A stretch of DNA of 64,000 nt from Opitutales bacterium (GCA_965197745.1 CBDANS010000007.1:1472001-1536000); one strand, 5' to 3'. Counted from the stretch's first letter, positions 41,766 through 50,967 are shown. Numbers and translations: made by a program. The notes: generated by a model from the sequence alone, not told the origin.

Positions 41766-43805
41766 CCAACCCCGATCAAAAAAGAATTGTTCGGGGCGGG
41801 CGATGCCGGGGGTTTGTAAGGTTCCGCTGTTTGGCGCGACATCGGGAACATTACGAAAATTATTTTTTACCACGACAATGCCGTTCATGCCCGGTGATTG
41901 CCCGACAGTGCCAACAACATAGAGATTGTCTGAATGGATTCTCCATATTTCTTTTCCCAGTTCCGTTCGCATCGCTTTGGGCAGGCCATTACCTTCCTCA
42001 AATATTTCTATCAAACGTTTAAGATCTCCACAAGGGGCCACGCCCTTTCGACCGTTAGATTCATACCATAAGCCGATTTGCGACGCAAAGGTACCGCGAC
42101 TGAGTGGTATGGTCATGCCGGGTAAAGTCCACGGGTTTTCAGAACCGCCCGAAACCCACATGCTAAGTTGGTGATCGTTGATTGATTGACGTCTGCTATA
42201 ATAACTTCGCTCTTCAACGCTTAAATGTATATTTATGCCGATATCCTTCCAATGATTCACGAGAAGTTCAGCTATACCTTCAAAATTAACCATCGCCTGA
42301 CTCAGCACTGATTGCGTAATAATCAGACGTTCCTTATTGTCAGTGCGCAGTCGGTATCCTTCGTTGTCCTTTTTATCCAAACCGATAGCGTCGAGGATCG
42401 CGTTGGATTGTTCCAGGTCGCGCACCGCATTCTTTTTTTCGTACTCCGGTCCGGGATAATACGGGTTATTCGGGAATGGGACGAAGGCCCTTGGCTGACC
42501 CATGCCCAGAAAGATCGATTCGTGTATCTCCTCTCGATCGATAGCAAGAGACAGAGCAATGCGAAATTTACGGTTTCTAAGCCACTTTTCTATTTCCGGA
42601 TCTCCCTGCCAGGTTTGGTTAATAAATATTATGGCATCGGAACCTCCTAAATTAGGCCAGAAGAGTACGCGGTAATTACCTCTTTTTGCTTCCCGCTTGA
42701 GAACAGGGACCTTGTCCAAGAGGACATGACGGTGCTGCATGTCTACTTCTCCAGCCATAACGCGAGCATTGAACACCTCTAAGTCCTCAACCAGATGCAT
42801 TACAATCTTGTCGATATAGGGAAGCTGATTCCCTTCGGGATCGACGGCAAAGTAATAGGGGTTGCGTTCCAAAGAGTAAATTTCACTCGTTATCGGAGTA
42901 ACCATCTTCCAGGGACCGACCACCGGTATTTCGGGGTTCTCGTGGGGCGAAGCCATGCGTTTGAAGAGTTGCACCCAACTTCTATCACCCGTAGACTTCA
43001 TCTTAATTTTCAGATCACTTAAGGGGGTATACTTCGAGTGAAACTGCATTAAATAATGCCGGGGAGCATAGAGAGGGCTTTCCCATCTGCGGGCGAATTG
43101 GCCTCCCACCGCTAATCCACCAGCATTTTCGATGAATACATAGTTTGGTTTATGAAAGGTATAACGAACCGTGGTCTCATCTAACTTTTCCACTTTAAAC
43201 CGTTGCCCATCCGCTTTTGTGTAGTTGGGTATTACCGGGTTGATATTATCATTCAAGGTCACGTCTTCGAAGGCGAAAACAAAGTCATCAGCCGTGAACG
43301 GCGCTCCGTCAGACCACTTCATGCCCTGGCGCAGATGGAAAGTAAACATTGTCCCGTCTACGCTGATTTCCCATCCTTTCGCGATGTGGGGCATCAGGGT
43401 ATAACCGTCGATATCGAAGTAAATTATATGATCGTGTATTATCCGGTCGATGTTGTTACGATCGCCACGCCCCGTAAAACCGCGGCGCCAGGTACCACCG
43501 TATTGGCCGATGCGTTCAATGGGTGGAATAATCAACGGATCTTCGGGCAGACGGTCTTCTACCGAGGGCAACTCTCCCGCAGCAACGCGCTTTGCCAGTT
43601 CCGGCGCTTCGTTGAAAGTTGTGGGAATCGAGCCCTTATAAATAAAACTAAATCCTTCAGTACTGACAGCGTCTCGTTTAAGTGTGTCCAGTTTTCCTTT
43701 TGATTGAGTGTCATTGCTCCTGCTGCAGCCAAATGCTGCAATAATGATTGCCATCATGCATAGTGTGATCGGTATCCGATACCTGCTGAAATAGAATACC
43801 TTCAT
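41763..43805 (-). CDS. ABC transporter family-5 solute-binding lipoprotein, paralog of 36833-38857
   Basis: Lipobox-like AAFGC; colinear with 36833-38857; ends FFFDRGW instead of FFFEN. Confidence 0.9.
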   Translation of the reverse strand: MKVFYFSRYRIPITLCMMAIIIAAFGCSRSNDTQSKGKLDTLKRDAVSTEGFSFIYKGSIPTTFNEAPELAKRVAAGELPSVEDRLPEDPLIIPPIERIGQYGGTWRRGFTGRGDRNNIDRIIHDHIIYFDIDGYTLMPHIAKGWEISVDGTMFTFHLRQGMKWSDGAPFTADDFVFAFEDVTLNDNINPVIPNYTKADGQRFKVEKLDETTVRYTFHKPNYVFIENAGGLAVGGQFARRWESPLYAPRHYLMQFHSKYTPLSDLKIKMKSTGDRSWVQLFKRMASPHENPEIPVVGPWKMVTPITSEIYSLERNPYYFAVDPEGNQLPYIDKIVMHLVEDLEVFNARVMAGEVDMQHRHVLLDKVPVLKREAKRGNYRVLFWPNLGGSDAIIFINQTWQGDPEIEKWLRNRKFRIALSLAIDREEIHESIFLGMGQPRAFVPFPNNPYYPGPEYEKKNAVRDLEQSNAILDAIGLDKKDNEGYRLRTDNKERLIITQSVLSQAMVNFEGIAELLVNHWKDIGINIHLSVEERSYYSRRQSINDHQLSMWVSGGSENPWTLPGMTIPLSRGTFASQIGLWYESNGRKGVAPCGDLKRLIEIFEEGNGLPKAMRTELGKEIWRIHSDNLYVVGTVGQSPGMNGIVVVKNNFRNVPDVAPNSGTLQTPGIARPEQFFFDRGW

Positions 43806-44295
43806 AACGCTAATTAAGCTAAGACAGTGTAGTATCGATTAGGGTAGGTGATAATGTAAATGTTTCGTCATTGTTAGTTATCAGTATAATCGAGATAATC
43901 AATAATCTTTGCCTGCCTCTTCGTCACAGCTAATTTTTGGTAACTTTGATTCTTAACCCATATTTACCATATCATCATAAGAATATTTGCTTGCAATTAT
44001 CGCTATCTTGTTGATAATAAGTCATTTAATGCGACGTTAAGCAAGCAAACTCTCAAAATCCAATGGATGACGCAAGATTCTCTAACCGCACAGAATCACT
44101 CACGCCAGTATTCCTCGGGTAACGGTCAAATTCTCAATGAACAGTAATTACCGCCTATGCAACTTTCAGATACCACGGAGAAAGGATTGCCAAAGTGTCT
44201 TGAGAGGAGCAAAATGCTTTCGAAAGCTTCAGAGGTCGACAATTTTAACGATTCATTCCCGTCATATGGGAAATCCCGGATAACAAATCAAAGAT

Positions 44296-45054
44296 ATGAG
44301 TAAACTACGTGTTCTTATTTGGAATGAATTCGTCGATGAGAGAAAAATGGAAGAAGTGAAATCTATCTATCCTCAAGGTATTCATGAAACATTAATGAGG
44401 GAATTAATGGAAATTGGTAAAGATCTGGAAATTGAAACTGCTACACTCGAAGATCAAGAACATGGCTTAACTGGCTCACGTTTAGCTAAAACAGATGTGC
44501 TGGTTTGGTGGGGACACTGTGCCCACGATAAAGTTGACGAAACTATTAGCGAAAGAGTACAAATACGCGTGCTTGAAGGTATGGGATTTATCCCCTTACA
44601 TTCCGCTCATTTATCAAAAGTTTTTCTTCGCCTCATGGGTACGACATGTACGTTGAATTGGCGTGAAGTCGGTGAGAAAGAGCGGTTGTGGGTATGCAAC
44701 CCGGGGCACCCCATCGCCGAGGGAATCGATGAATGCTTTGAAATAGAAAACACCGAGATGTATGGTGAACCTTTCGATATTCCACCACCTGAAGAACAGA
44801 TTTTTATTTCATGGTTTGAGGGTGGAGAGGTTTTTCGCAGTGGGAACTGCTGGCGTCGCGGCAATGGAAAAATTTTCTACTTTCGACCTGGGCATGAAAC
44901 TTTTCCGATTTATCAAAATAAGACGGTTATCAAGATAATCTACAATGCGATAAAATGGGCCGCTCCGCAGGGGATCTGGCGAGAGTCTTTAAGAAATGTT
45001 CCGATCGAGCTTGCCCGTGAAAAAATTATCGGAAATCGTAGAAAAGAATCCTAA
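44296..45054 (+). CDS. thuA: Trehalose-utilisation ThuA-like protein
   Basis: VLIWNE...IYPQGIH, DVLVWWGH.AH, LHSAH.SK.F, EMYGEPFDIP.P, SWFEGGEVFRSG and FYFRPGHETFPIY. Confidence 0.88.
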   Translation: MSKLRVLIWNEFVDERKMEEVKSIYPQGIHETLMRELMEIGKDLEIETATLEDQEHGLTGSRLAKTDVLVWWGHCAHDKVDETISERVQIRVLEGMGFIPLHSAHLSKVFLRLMGTTCTLNWREVGEKERLWVCNPGHPIAEGIDECFEIENTEMYGEPFDIPPPEEQIFISWFEGGEVFRSGNCWRRGNGKIFYFRPGHETFPIYQNKTVIKIIYNAIKWAAPQGIWRESLRNVPIELAREKIIGNRRKES

Positions 45055-45349
45055 AAAGGGAGTTTGTTAAATTTAAGTTTTGCTCATCTATATGGTGCTT
45101 AATAGGAGAGGTACTAAGATAGTTAATAAAGCTTCGTCTTCGTCCGCAGAGGCGAGTTACCTGACCGCCGCTGTAACTTTAAATTGAATAGCGAAAGCTG
45201 ATCTCTAGCACGCTTCTTCAATGACGACATAATCAAACGCGCTAGGGACAGCCTTCGCTGTGTCGTGATAGGCTACGGCGGTCAGGCAGCGCATTCCACC
45301 TTAATTCTTTCAAGCCAAGGTGGAGCGGGATGCGGGCGCTTATGCACGT

Positions 45350-45407
45350 TTTAGGTTTTAAGTTTTAGGTGTTAAGTAATTTAACCTAAAACCTAACACT
45401 TAACACC
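45350..45407. terminator. Heptamer-repeat hairpin downstream of Ig copy 5 (possible terminator)
   Basis: ttaggttttaagttttaggtgttaag...ttaacctaaaacctaacacttaacac. Related hairpins lie downstream of copies 3, 4 and 6. Confidence 0.45.
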
Positions 45408-45454
45408 CGTGGCACGCCACAGCATAGCGACGGCGGCTAACACTTATCGATAGT

Positions 45455-47680
45455 TCATTCAATGGTTATCTCATCCACCTCGACGGATATCTCTTCGTCG
45501 TCCTCATTGACAAACGTTGCATTAATGGTCTGTGTCGGCTGAGGCGTGTTGTCTGATTTGAAGTTGTTCTGCGTGATCAAGGTATCGAATCCCGTCGTCG
45601 TCGATCCACTCTCCGCTACCACGACTGCCGCACCGTTCGTCTGTAACAAGTCGCCACCCGTGATCCGTAACCCGGGGTTGCCGGCTGGAACGGTGAAGGA
45701 GCCTGAGCCAAATAATATGTGCGGTACCGCATCGCCACTGGCATCGATGTCGCCAATCGTTAAGCGTACCCCGATCGGTACCCCACGCGCGTCGATACCG
45801 GTCTTGCCCGTACTTCCACTGAACACGGTGTTCGACAGTTGTATGCCGCCCATGCCCGTGGAATTTACAATTTCCACGAGGGTCACGTCCGCTTGCGCGT
45901 CATAGACCTGTCCTTCGGGGAAGAGGGCCTGGTTAAACGCGTTGATCCTACCCACGGTGAAGATACTGAAGAAGGTATTGGCGTCCGCTCCGTCGATCAC
46001 TACGCTCGGTTTGCCCGTCACGTACTCAACGGCTTGGTTGTAGCGTGGGGGGATGGCCGGGGGGAGGAAGGTGGCCGGATCCAGGGTTACGGTAAAGGTC
46101 CCTGCGCCCGAGAACTCTACCTGCACGATATCCTCGTTTTCATCCATGAAAGAGACGCGGGTGATCTGTCCCGATTTGGCCTGGAGTTGGACGGACTCTC
46201 CGGTGAGTAAAATCTGGTCGAAGACATTACCGTTGGCATGCTGAATGTTTTCACCGGCGATATCACCCGAACCGTCGAGGACGAGAGGAACGGCCGGGGC
46301 TGCGATGGTGATAACAGCGGTATCGCTATCGGCTGTACCTCCAGCGTTAGTTATCTGCACCCAGAAGCTTGTGCTCGCGGTGAGCGCGCCGGTGTCCAGC
46401 GTACTACCGGTTGCTCCAGCGACGGGAGCGGCGGTGTCACCGCTGTTTCCGGTGTACCACTGGTAAGTGAGATCATCACCACTGGCGGCGACAGACAAGC
46501 TCGCCGTGGTGCCGGATGCAACTTCCTGGCTCGCGGGCTGTGTGGTGATAGAGGGAGCATCAGCGGGTGGGGGACCCTCGGAGCCTGTGCCCGGTGCGCC
46601 AATGGGGGTAAAACCGAAATCATCGAAGACTGTCCGGCTGAAAGCTACATTTATATTGGGATTGTCCGTAACAAGCAGTCTGCCAATGCCGCCTGGAGCT
46701 CCCAACTCCACCGCATTGATCGTAGTTTGACGGGGTTTATTTAAAGAATTAAGACCCCCAGCACCCCCACCACTTCCAGCACTTTCCAAGTCCGAAATAT
46801 TAGCAAGAAGGTTATCATTAGTATCGTAAACTTCAATTGAGCCGTCGGGGTCAGTACCGCCAGCCAAAATAATGGCTGCGGCGAAAACATCGATCTCAAA
46901 TGCCGGAGTTTCAAAAGTGACCGTGAAGCTTTCTCCGTTAAAAATACCATAGGATACTTGTCCCGAGCGAACTGGACTGTCTGCAGCAGCAGCTAGAATC
47001 GAGCCACCATCAAAAGTAGCACTATTGGGTGATTCTCCAACAATAATGGGTGCCGTTAATCCTGCACCCACACTGAATTCCTCAAATGTAGTGAATACGG
47101 TGTTATTGGACGGTCTTTCCGTTATCGTGAAACCCAGATCGTCAAGGGAGAATTTTCCTGAAACATTTTTGATTTTTAATTCTTTAATGCCGTCGAGAAA
47201 GTCAAAATCGGTTGAGTCGAGGAACATATCACTGTCTGAAACGAAGCTTTGTAATGGGGGATTGGCACCGGGACTGATATTGGTCGGTAGACCTTCGACA
47301 ATACCATTATCCGCTAGAATTAATACAAATATATTGCCTTCAAAAGAGATATTTCCTCTGGGCTCGATTCTACCGGCTCCCGTATTCTCGGCCGCATAGA
47401 ATTGGATTTCATCAATTCCTCTTTCCGATACAATTACCCCCTCCTGACCAGGTCCTAGGGTTATCGCTTTTGTTCCGGAGTGTAAAAGCGCAGGATCCTC
47501 TAAAGTTTCAACGGTGAATCCGACTAACTTGATCCTATTGGGCTCTTCCCCGATAAAAAATTCACCTTCACCGCTGATGTCCTCGAAATCAGTGAACACC
47601 TCCAGATCTTGAGGAAGAGCTATTAGAAGAAGAGGGGATAAAACTGAGAAAATAATGATCGCTAACGAATTATTTTTCAT
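45455..47680 (-). CDS. Secreted Ig-domain surface protein, copy 5
   Basis: Same architecture; closest to copy 2 in the N-terminal domains. Confidence 0.88.
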   Translation of the reverse strand: MKNNSLAIIIFSVLSPLLLIALPQDLEVFTDFEDISGEGEFFIGEEPNRIKLVGFTVETLEDPALLHSGTKAITLGPGQEGVIVSERGIDEIQFYAAENTGAGRIEPRGNISFEGNIFVLILADNGIVEGLPTNISPGANPPLQSFVSDSDMFLDSTDFDFLDGIKELKIKNVSGKFSLDDLGFTITERPSNNTVFTTFEEFSVGAGLTAPIIVGESPNSATFDGGSILAAAADSPVRSGQVSYGIFNGESFTVTFETPAFEIDVFAAAIILAGGTDPDGSIEVYDTNDNLLANISDLESAGSGGGAGGLNSLNKPRQTTINAVELGAPGGIGRLLVTDNPNINVAFSRTVFDDFGFTPIGAPGTGSEGPPPADAPSITTQPASQEVASGTTASLSVAASGDDLTYQWYTGNSGDTAAPVAGATGSTLDTGALTASTSFWVQITNAGGTADSDTAVITIAAPAVPLVLDGSGDIAGENIQHANGNVFDQILLTGESVQLQAKSGQITRVSFMDENEDIVQVEFSGAGTFTVTLDPATFLPPAIPPRYNQAVEYVTGKPSVVIDGADANTFFSIFTVGRINAFNQALFPEGQVYDAQADVTLVEIVNSTGMGGIQLSNTVFSGSTGKTGIDARGVPIGVRLTIGDIDASGDAVPHILFGSGSFTVPAGNPGLRITGGDLLQTNGAAVVVAESGSTTTGFDTLITQNNFKSDNTPQPTQTINATFVNEDDEEISVEVDEITIE

Positions 47681-47816
47681 GGTTATTTCATATTAAGTGT
47701 TAAAATTCAAAAGATTCAATCTCCATTTAGTCTCGTTATTATCAATATATTAGGTTATTTAGTATACTTAGTTAAATCATAAGTTGTTAATATCAGATCT
47801 TAAATGATTAAATCGC

Positions 47817-47860
47817 TGGGGTGGCTAACCGGATTCGAACCGGCGACCCCGGAACCACAA
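47817..47860 (-). mobile_element. 3' half of tRNA-His(GTG), att-like remnant
   Basis: The minus strand reads TTGTGGTTCCGGGGTCGCCGGTTCGAATCCGGTTAGCCACCCCA. The 5' half is absent. Confidence 0.8.
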
Positions 47861-47981
47861 ATCGATACTGTAGATCTATAAGGGTTTTACCTAATTACTC
47901 CGTGGATTTGACGAAGCGAGCATAAGCGAGCGTAGATGGGTCAACCAGAGGTTGAGGGCAGAGCCCCGAACGTAGTGAGCC

Positions 47982-48000
47982 AATCCCACCCTCTCCGCCA
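47982..48000 (+). repeat. tRNA-Ser-like 3' end remnant
   Basis: AATCCCACCCTCTCCGCCA, with shorter copies at 48112, 27736 and 27905. Confidence 0.6.
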
Positions 48001-48152
48001 GTTCGATTGTCGATTGCACCTGACGGATAAAAAATTGTTTATCTTGTGAACCATTCTAGAGACTTTCTTAATCAATCGAAAATCGTCAATCGAAAATCGG
48101 AAATTATCTATCCCTCTCCGCCACTTCGATTGTGGATATCAGATTACGGATC

Positions 48153-48480
48153 GAATAAAAAGTCGACGGTTGTAGGTTATTTCCTTTTTGTCATTGCGAG
48201 GAGCAACGCGACGCGGCAATCCAGTAAAATGTCTGTTGCGTAATGTAATTCCCGTGATGTTAGGAATTACTCTCAACTAATCGATTTCCTTTAAATGAAG
48301 AGACGAATCCTCATTGGAAAGACCAGAGCAGAGATTTTTATTCGTAAGCACTATGACTATGTGCCTAGATTGCCGCAGTCGGTTGCACCTCCTTCGCAAT
48401 GACAAAAAGGGAAGAGCGCTAATGCGCGTGTTATGTGTTAAGTTCCAAGTGTTAAGTAAATTAACCTAAAACCTAACACT
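48153..48480. repeat. Second copy of the ~325-bp intergenic block
   Basis: Near-identical to 27953-28278; contains a TGTCATTGCG element at 48189-48404. Confidence 0.9.
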
Positions 48481-48525
48481 TAACACATAATAAGCGTTGG
48501 TCTCCTACATTTTGACGTTTTGACC

Positions 48526-50733
48526 CTACTCAATCGTGATCTCTTCGAGAACAACCGCGATCGCATCGCCGTCTTCATTGGCGAAGGTGGCGTCGATACT
48601 CTGAGTCGGCTGAGGCGTGTTATCGGATTTAAAATTGTTTTGCGTGATCAGGGTCTCAAACCCGGTGGTGGTTGATCCACTCTCCGCCACGACGACCGCA
48701 GCGCCGTTGGTCTGCAAGAGGTCTCCTCCGGTGATCCGCATCCCGGGGTTGCCCGCCGGTACCGTGAAGGACCCATCTCCAAACAGGAGGTGGGGTACCG
48801 CATCGCCACTGGCATCGATGTCACCTACCGTTAAGCGTACCGCGATCGGCACCCCGCGCGCATCGAAGCCGACCTTGCCCGTGCTTCCACTGAACACGGT
48901 ATTCGATAACTGTACCCCTCCCAGTCCCGTGGAGTTGACTACTTCCACGAGGGCCACGTCGGCCTGGGCATCATAGACCTGTCCTTCGGGGAACAGTGCC
49001 TGGTTAAAGGCGTTGATCCTTCCCACCGTGAAAATGCTGAAGAAGGTACTGGAGTCCGCTCCATCGATGACCACGCTCGGCTTGCCCGTCACATATTCGA
49101 CGGCCTGGTTGTAGCGTGGGGGGACGGCCGGAGGCAGAAAAGTGGCTGGATCGAGGGTTACGGTAAAGGTCCCATTACCTGAAAATTCTACCTGTACGAT
49201 GTTCTCGTTTTCGTCCATGAAGGAGACGCGGGTAATCTGTCCCGGCTTAGCCTGGAGTTGGACGGACTCTCCGGTGAGTAATATCTGGTCGAAGACGTTG
49301 CCGTTGGCATGCTGAATGTTTTCCCCGGCGATATCGCCTGAGCCGTCGAGAACGAGGGGGATGGAAGGTGCTGCCACGGTTATCACCGCAGTTTCACTGT
49401 CATCACTGCCGCCGGCGTTGGTAACCTGCGCCCAGTAGTTCGTGCTCGTGGTGAGTGCACCGGTAGTTAAGGTGCTGCCGGTGGCGCCGGAGACGGGTGC
49501 TGCGGTGTCACCGCTGTTGCCGGTATACCATTGGTAAGTAAGATCATCACCGCTGGCCGCTACGGTCAGCACTACCGCCGTGCCAGACTGCACCTCCTGG
49601 CTCGCGGGTTGGGTAGTGATGGAGGGGCCTTGTGCTGGAGGGGGTCCGCCTCCATCTTCGAAACCCGGGGTTCCAATAGGAGTAAAACCGAAGTCGTCGA
49701 TGCCTGTTGAGCTGAATAATGGATTTACATTTTCATTATCGAGTAAAAGAATTTTAGCAATGCCGCCCACGGCTCCCAATTCACTGGCAATAAATGTATA
49801 ATGTGGAACGAGTGATCCCTTCAGGATATTGGTCGCCAGATCTACTTCCCTGGCAATTAAATTATCTTCAGTATCAAATACCTCAATAGTACCATCGGAT
49901 TCGCCTAATGCTTGGGCGACGATGGTTGCGGCAAAAAATTGTACTCGGGCTGCCGGTGTTTCGAAGGTGATCGTTCCCGTATCGCCATTCTGAACTCTCC
50001 AGTGACTACGTTGTGTGCGGAATTAAAAGCCGAGCAAATCTTCCGCTTCCTGGGATATATCTGCGCCTGAAAAGGTGGCGGTAAAAGGCGATGTTCCAAT
50101 AGTAATATCATCACTGGTAGGTTGGAATTCTGAAAAGAAAGTAAATACCGTGTTGTTCCTCGGCCCATCGATGAGGGTATAACCCACATCGTCGATGGCT
50201 AATTTACCCGTTACATTCAGGAATTTAATTTCATTCATCCCGTCAATGTAATTGAGGTCCGATTCGTCAAGAAAATTGCCACTAAAGGCAACGATTCTTT
50301 GCAGCGGAGGATTGTACTCCGGGTTGATGCTGTTTGGAAAGCCCGTAAAAACACCCTGCTGAGTTAATTCAAATACTTCTTGTCCTGTTGCATCTGTATC
50401 ACGTTCTCGAACCTCGATCTTTCCCGCGCCCGTGTTTTCAACCACGTAGAATTCGATTTCAGCAATCCCTTTTCTCGTGAAAATCTTTCCTTCCTGGCCG
50501 GGGCCCAGGGTTATTGCTTTCGTTCCCGAGTGCAGCAGACTTGGATCCTCCAGCGTTTCTACCGTAAACCCAATAAATTGGATTTGATTAGGTGGATCAC
50601 CGAGTAAAAAATCAACTGAACCTTCGGCATCTTCAAAATCTAAAAAATTTTCCTGGTCTTGTGGAAGAGCTCGGAGAAGAAGCGGGAAAAAGAGTGAGAT
50701 TAGTGATACGGATACAATATTTTTTAAGCGCAT
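48526..50733 (-). pseudogene. Secreted Ig-domain surface protein, copy 6, with one in-frame nonsense codon
   Basis: ORFs 50023-50733 and 48526-49779 are in the same frame (2208 nt in total). After TAA 50023-50025 the frame stays open as FRTQRSHWRVQNGDTGTITFETPAARVQFFA...DGTIEVFDTEDNL. Confidence 0.85.
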
Positions 50734-50967
50734 TTTGACCCCTTTAATTTGATTTGAACCCTATAACCTGGTTTATTTGGCTACTGTTTTTCATAAGTAA
50801 CGGTAAAAGATCTCGGTTTCAACAGATAATTAAGATTTCAGTAATTTTTTTTAAATTTATCTTCGATTGGTCATTTATGTACTAGGATACTAAGGAGATT
50901 GAATAGTATTCGCAGAGGCTATTAGATGATTCTTTCTCCTCTCTACGGTGACTACTGATATCCCTAC

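Noticed and set aside
44060..44210. Remnant of a LacI-type regulator (minus strand ...VRESC...)
   Set aside because: Only a five-residue resemblance amid stop codons, which is not enough to support a call.
3681..47860. Intact tRNA genes at 3681, 7062, 47817 and 47982
   Set aside because: Only 3' portions are present. The 5' acceptor strand and D arm are missing, so they are reported as att-like remnants.
16692..48490. CRISPR array
   Set aside because: The repeats are dispersed or short-period tandem units, with no regular repeat-spacer pattern and no cas genes.
16882..49801. Recurrent plus-strand ORFs (MLSDLKLFC..., MRSSPLAA..., MSSPAI...) as a second gene family
   Set aside because: They are antisense shadows of the conserved Ig genes and recur only because those genes are repeated.
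49779..50189. Frameshift or phase-variable tract in Ig copy 6
   Set aside because: Both halves are in the same frame and are separated only by one TAA. No slippage is needed to join them.
2991..50733. Diversity-generating retroelement, with the remnants as template repeats
   Set aside because: There is no reverse transcriptase in the window. The remnants match the conserved C-terminus rather than the variable loops, and loop differences include indels and non-adenine changes.
16791..50733. Shufflon or invertase-driven switching of Ig genes
   Set aside because: All full copies share one orientation, no intact recombinase is present, and no short inverted crossover sites were seen at domain boundaries.
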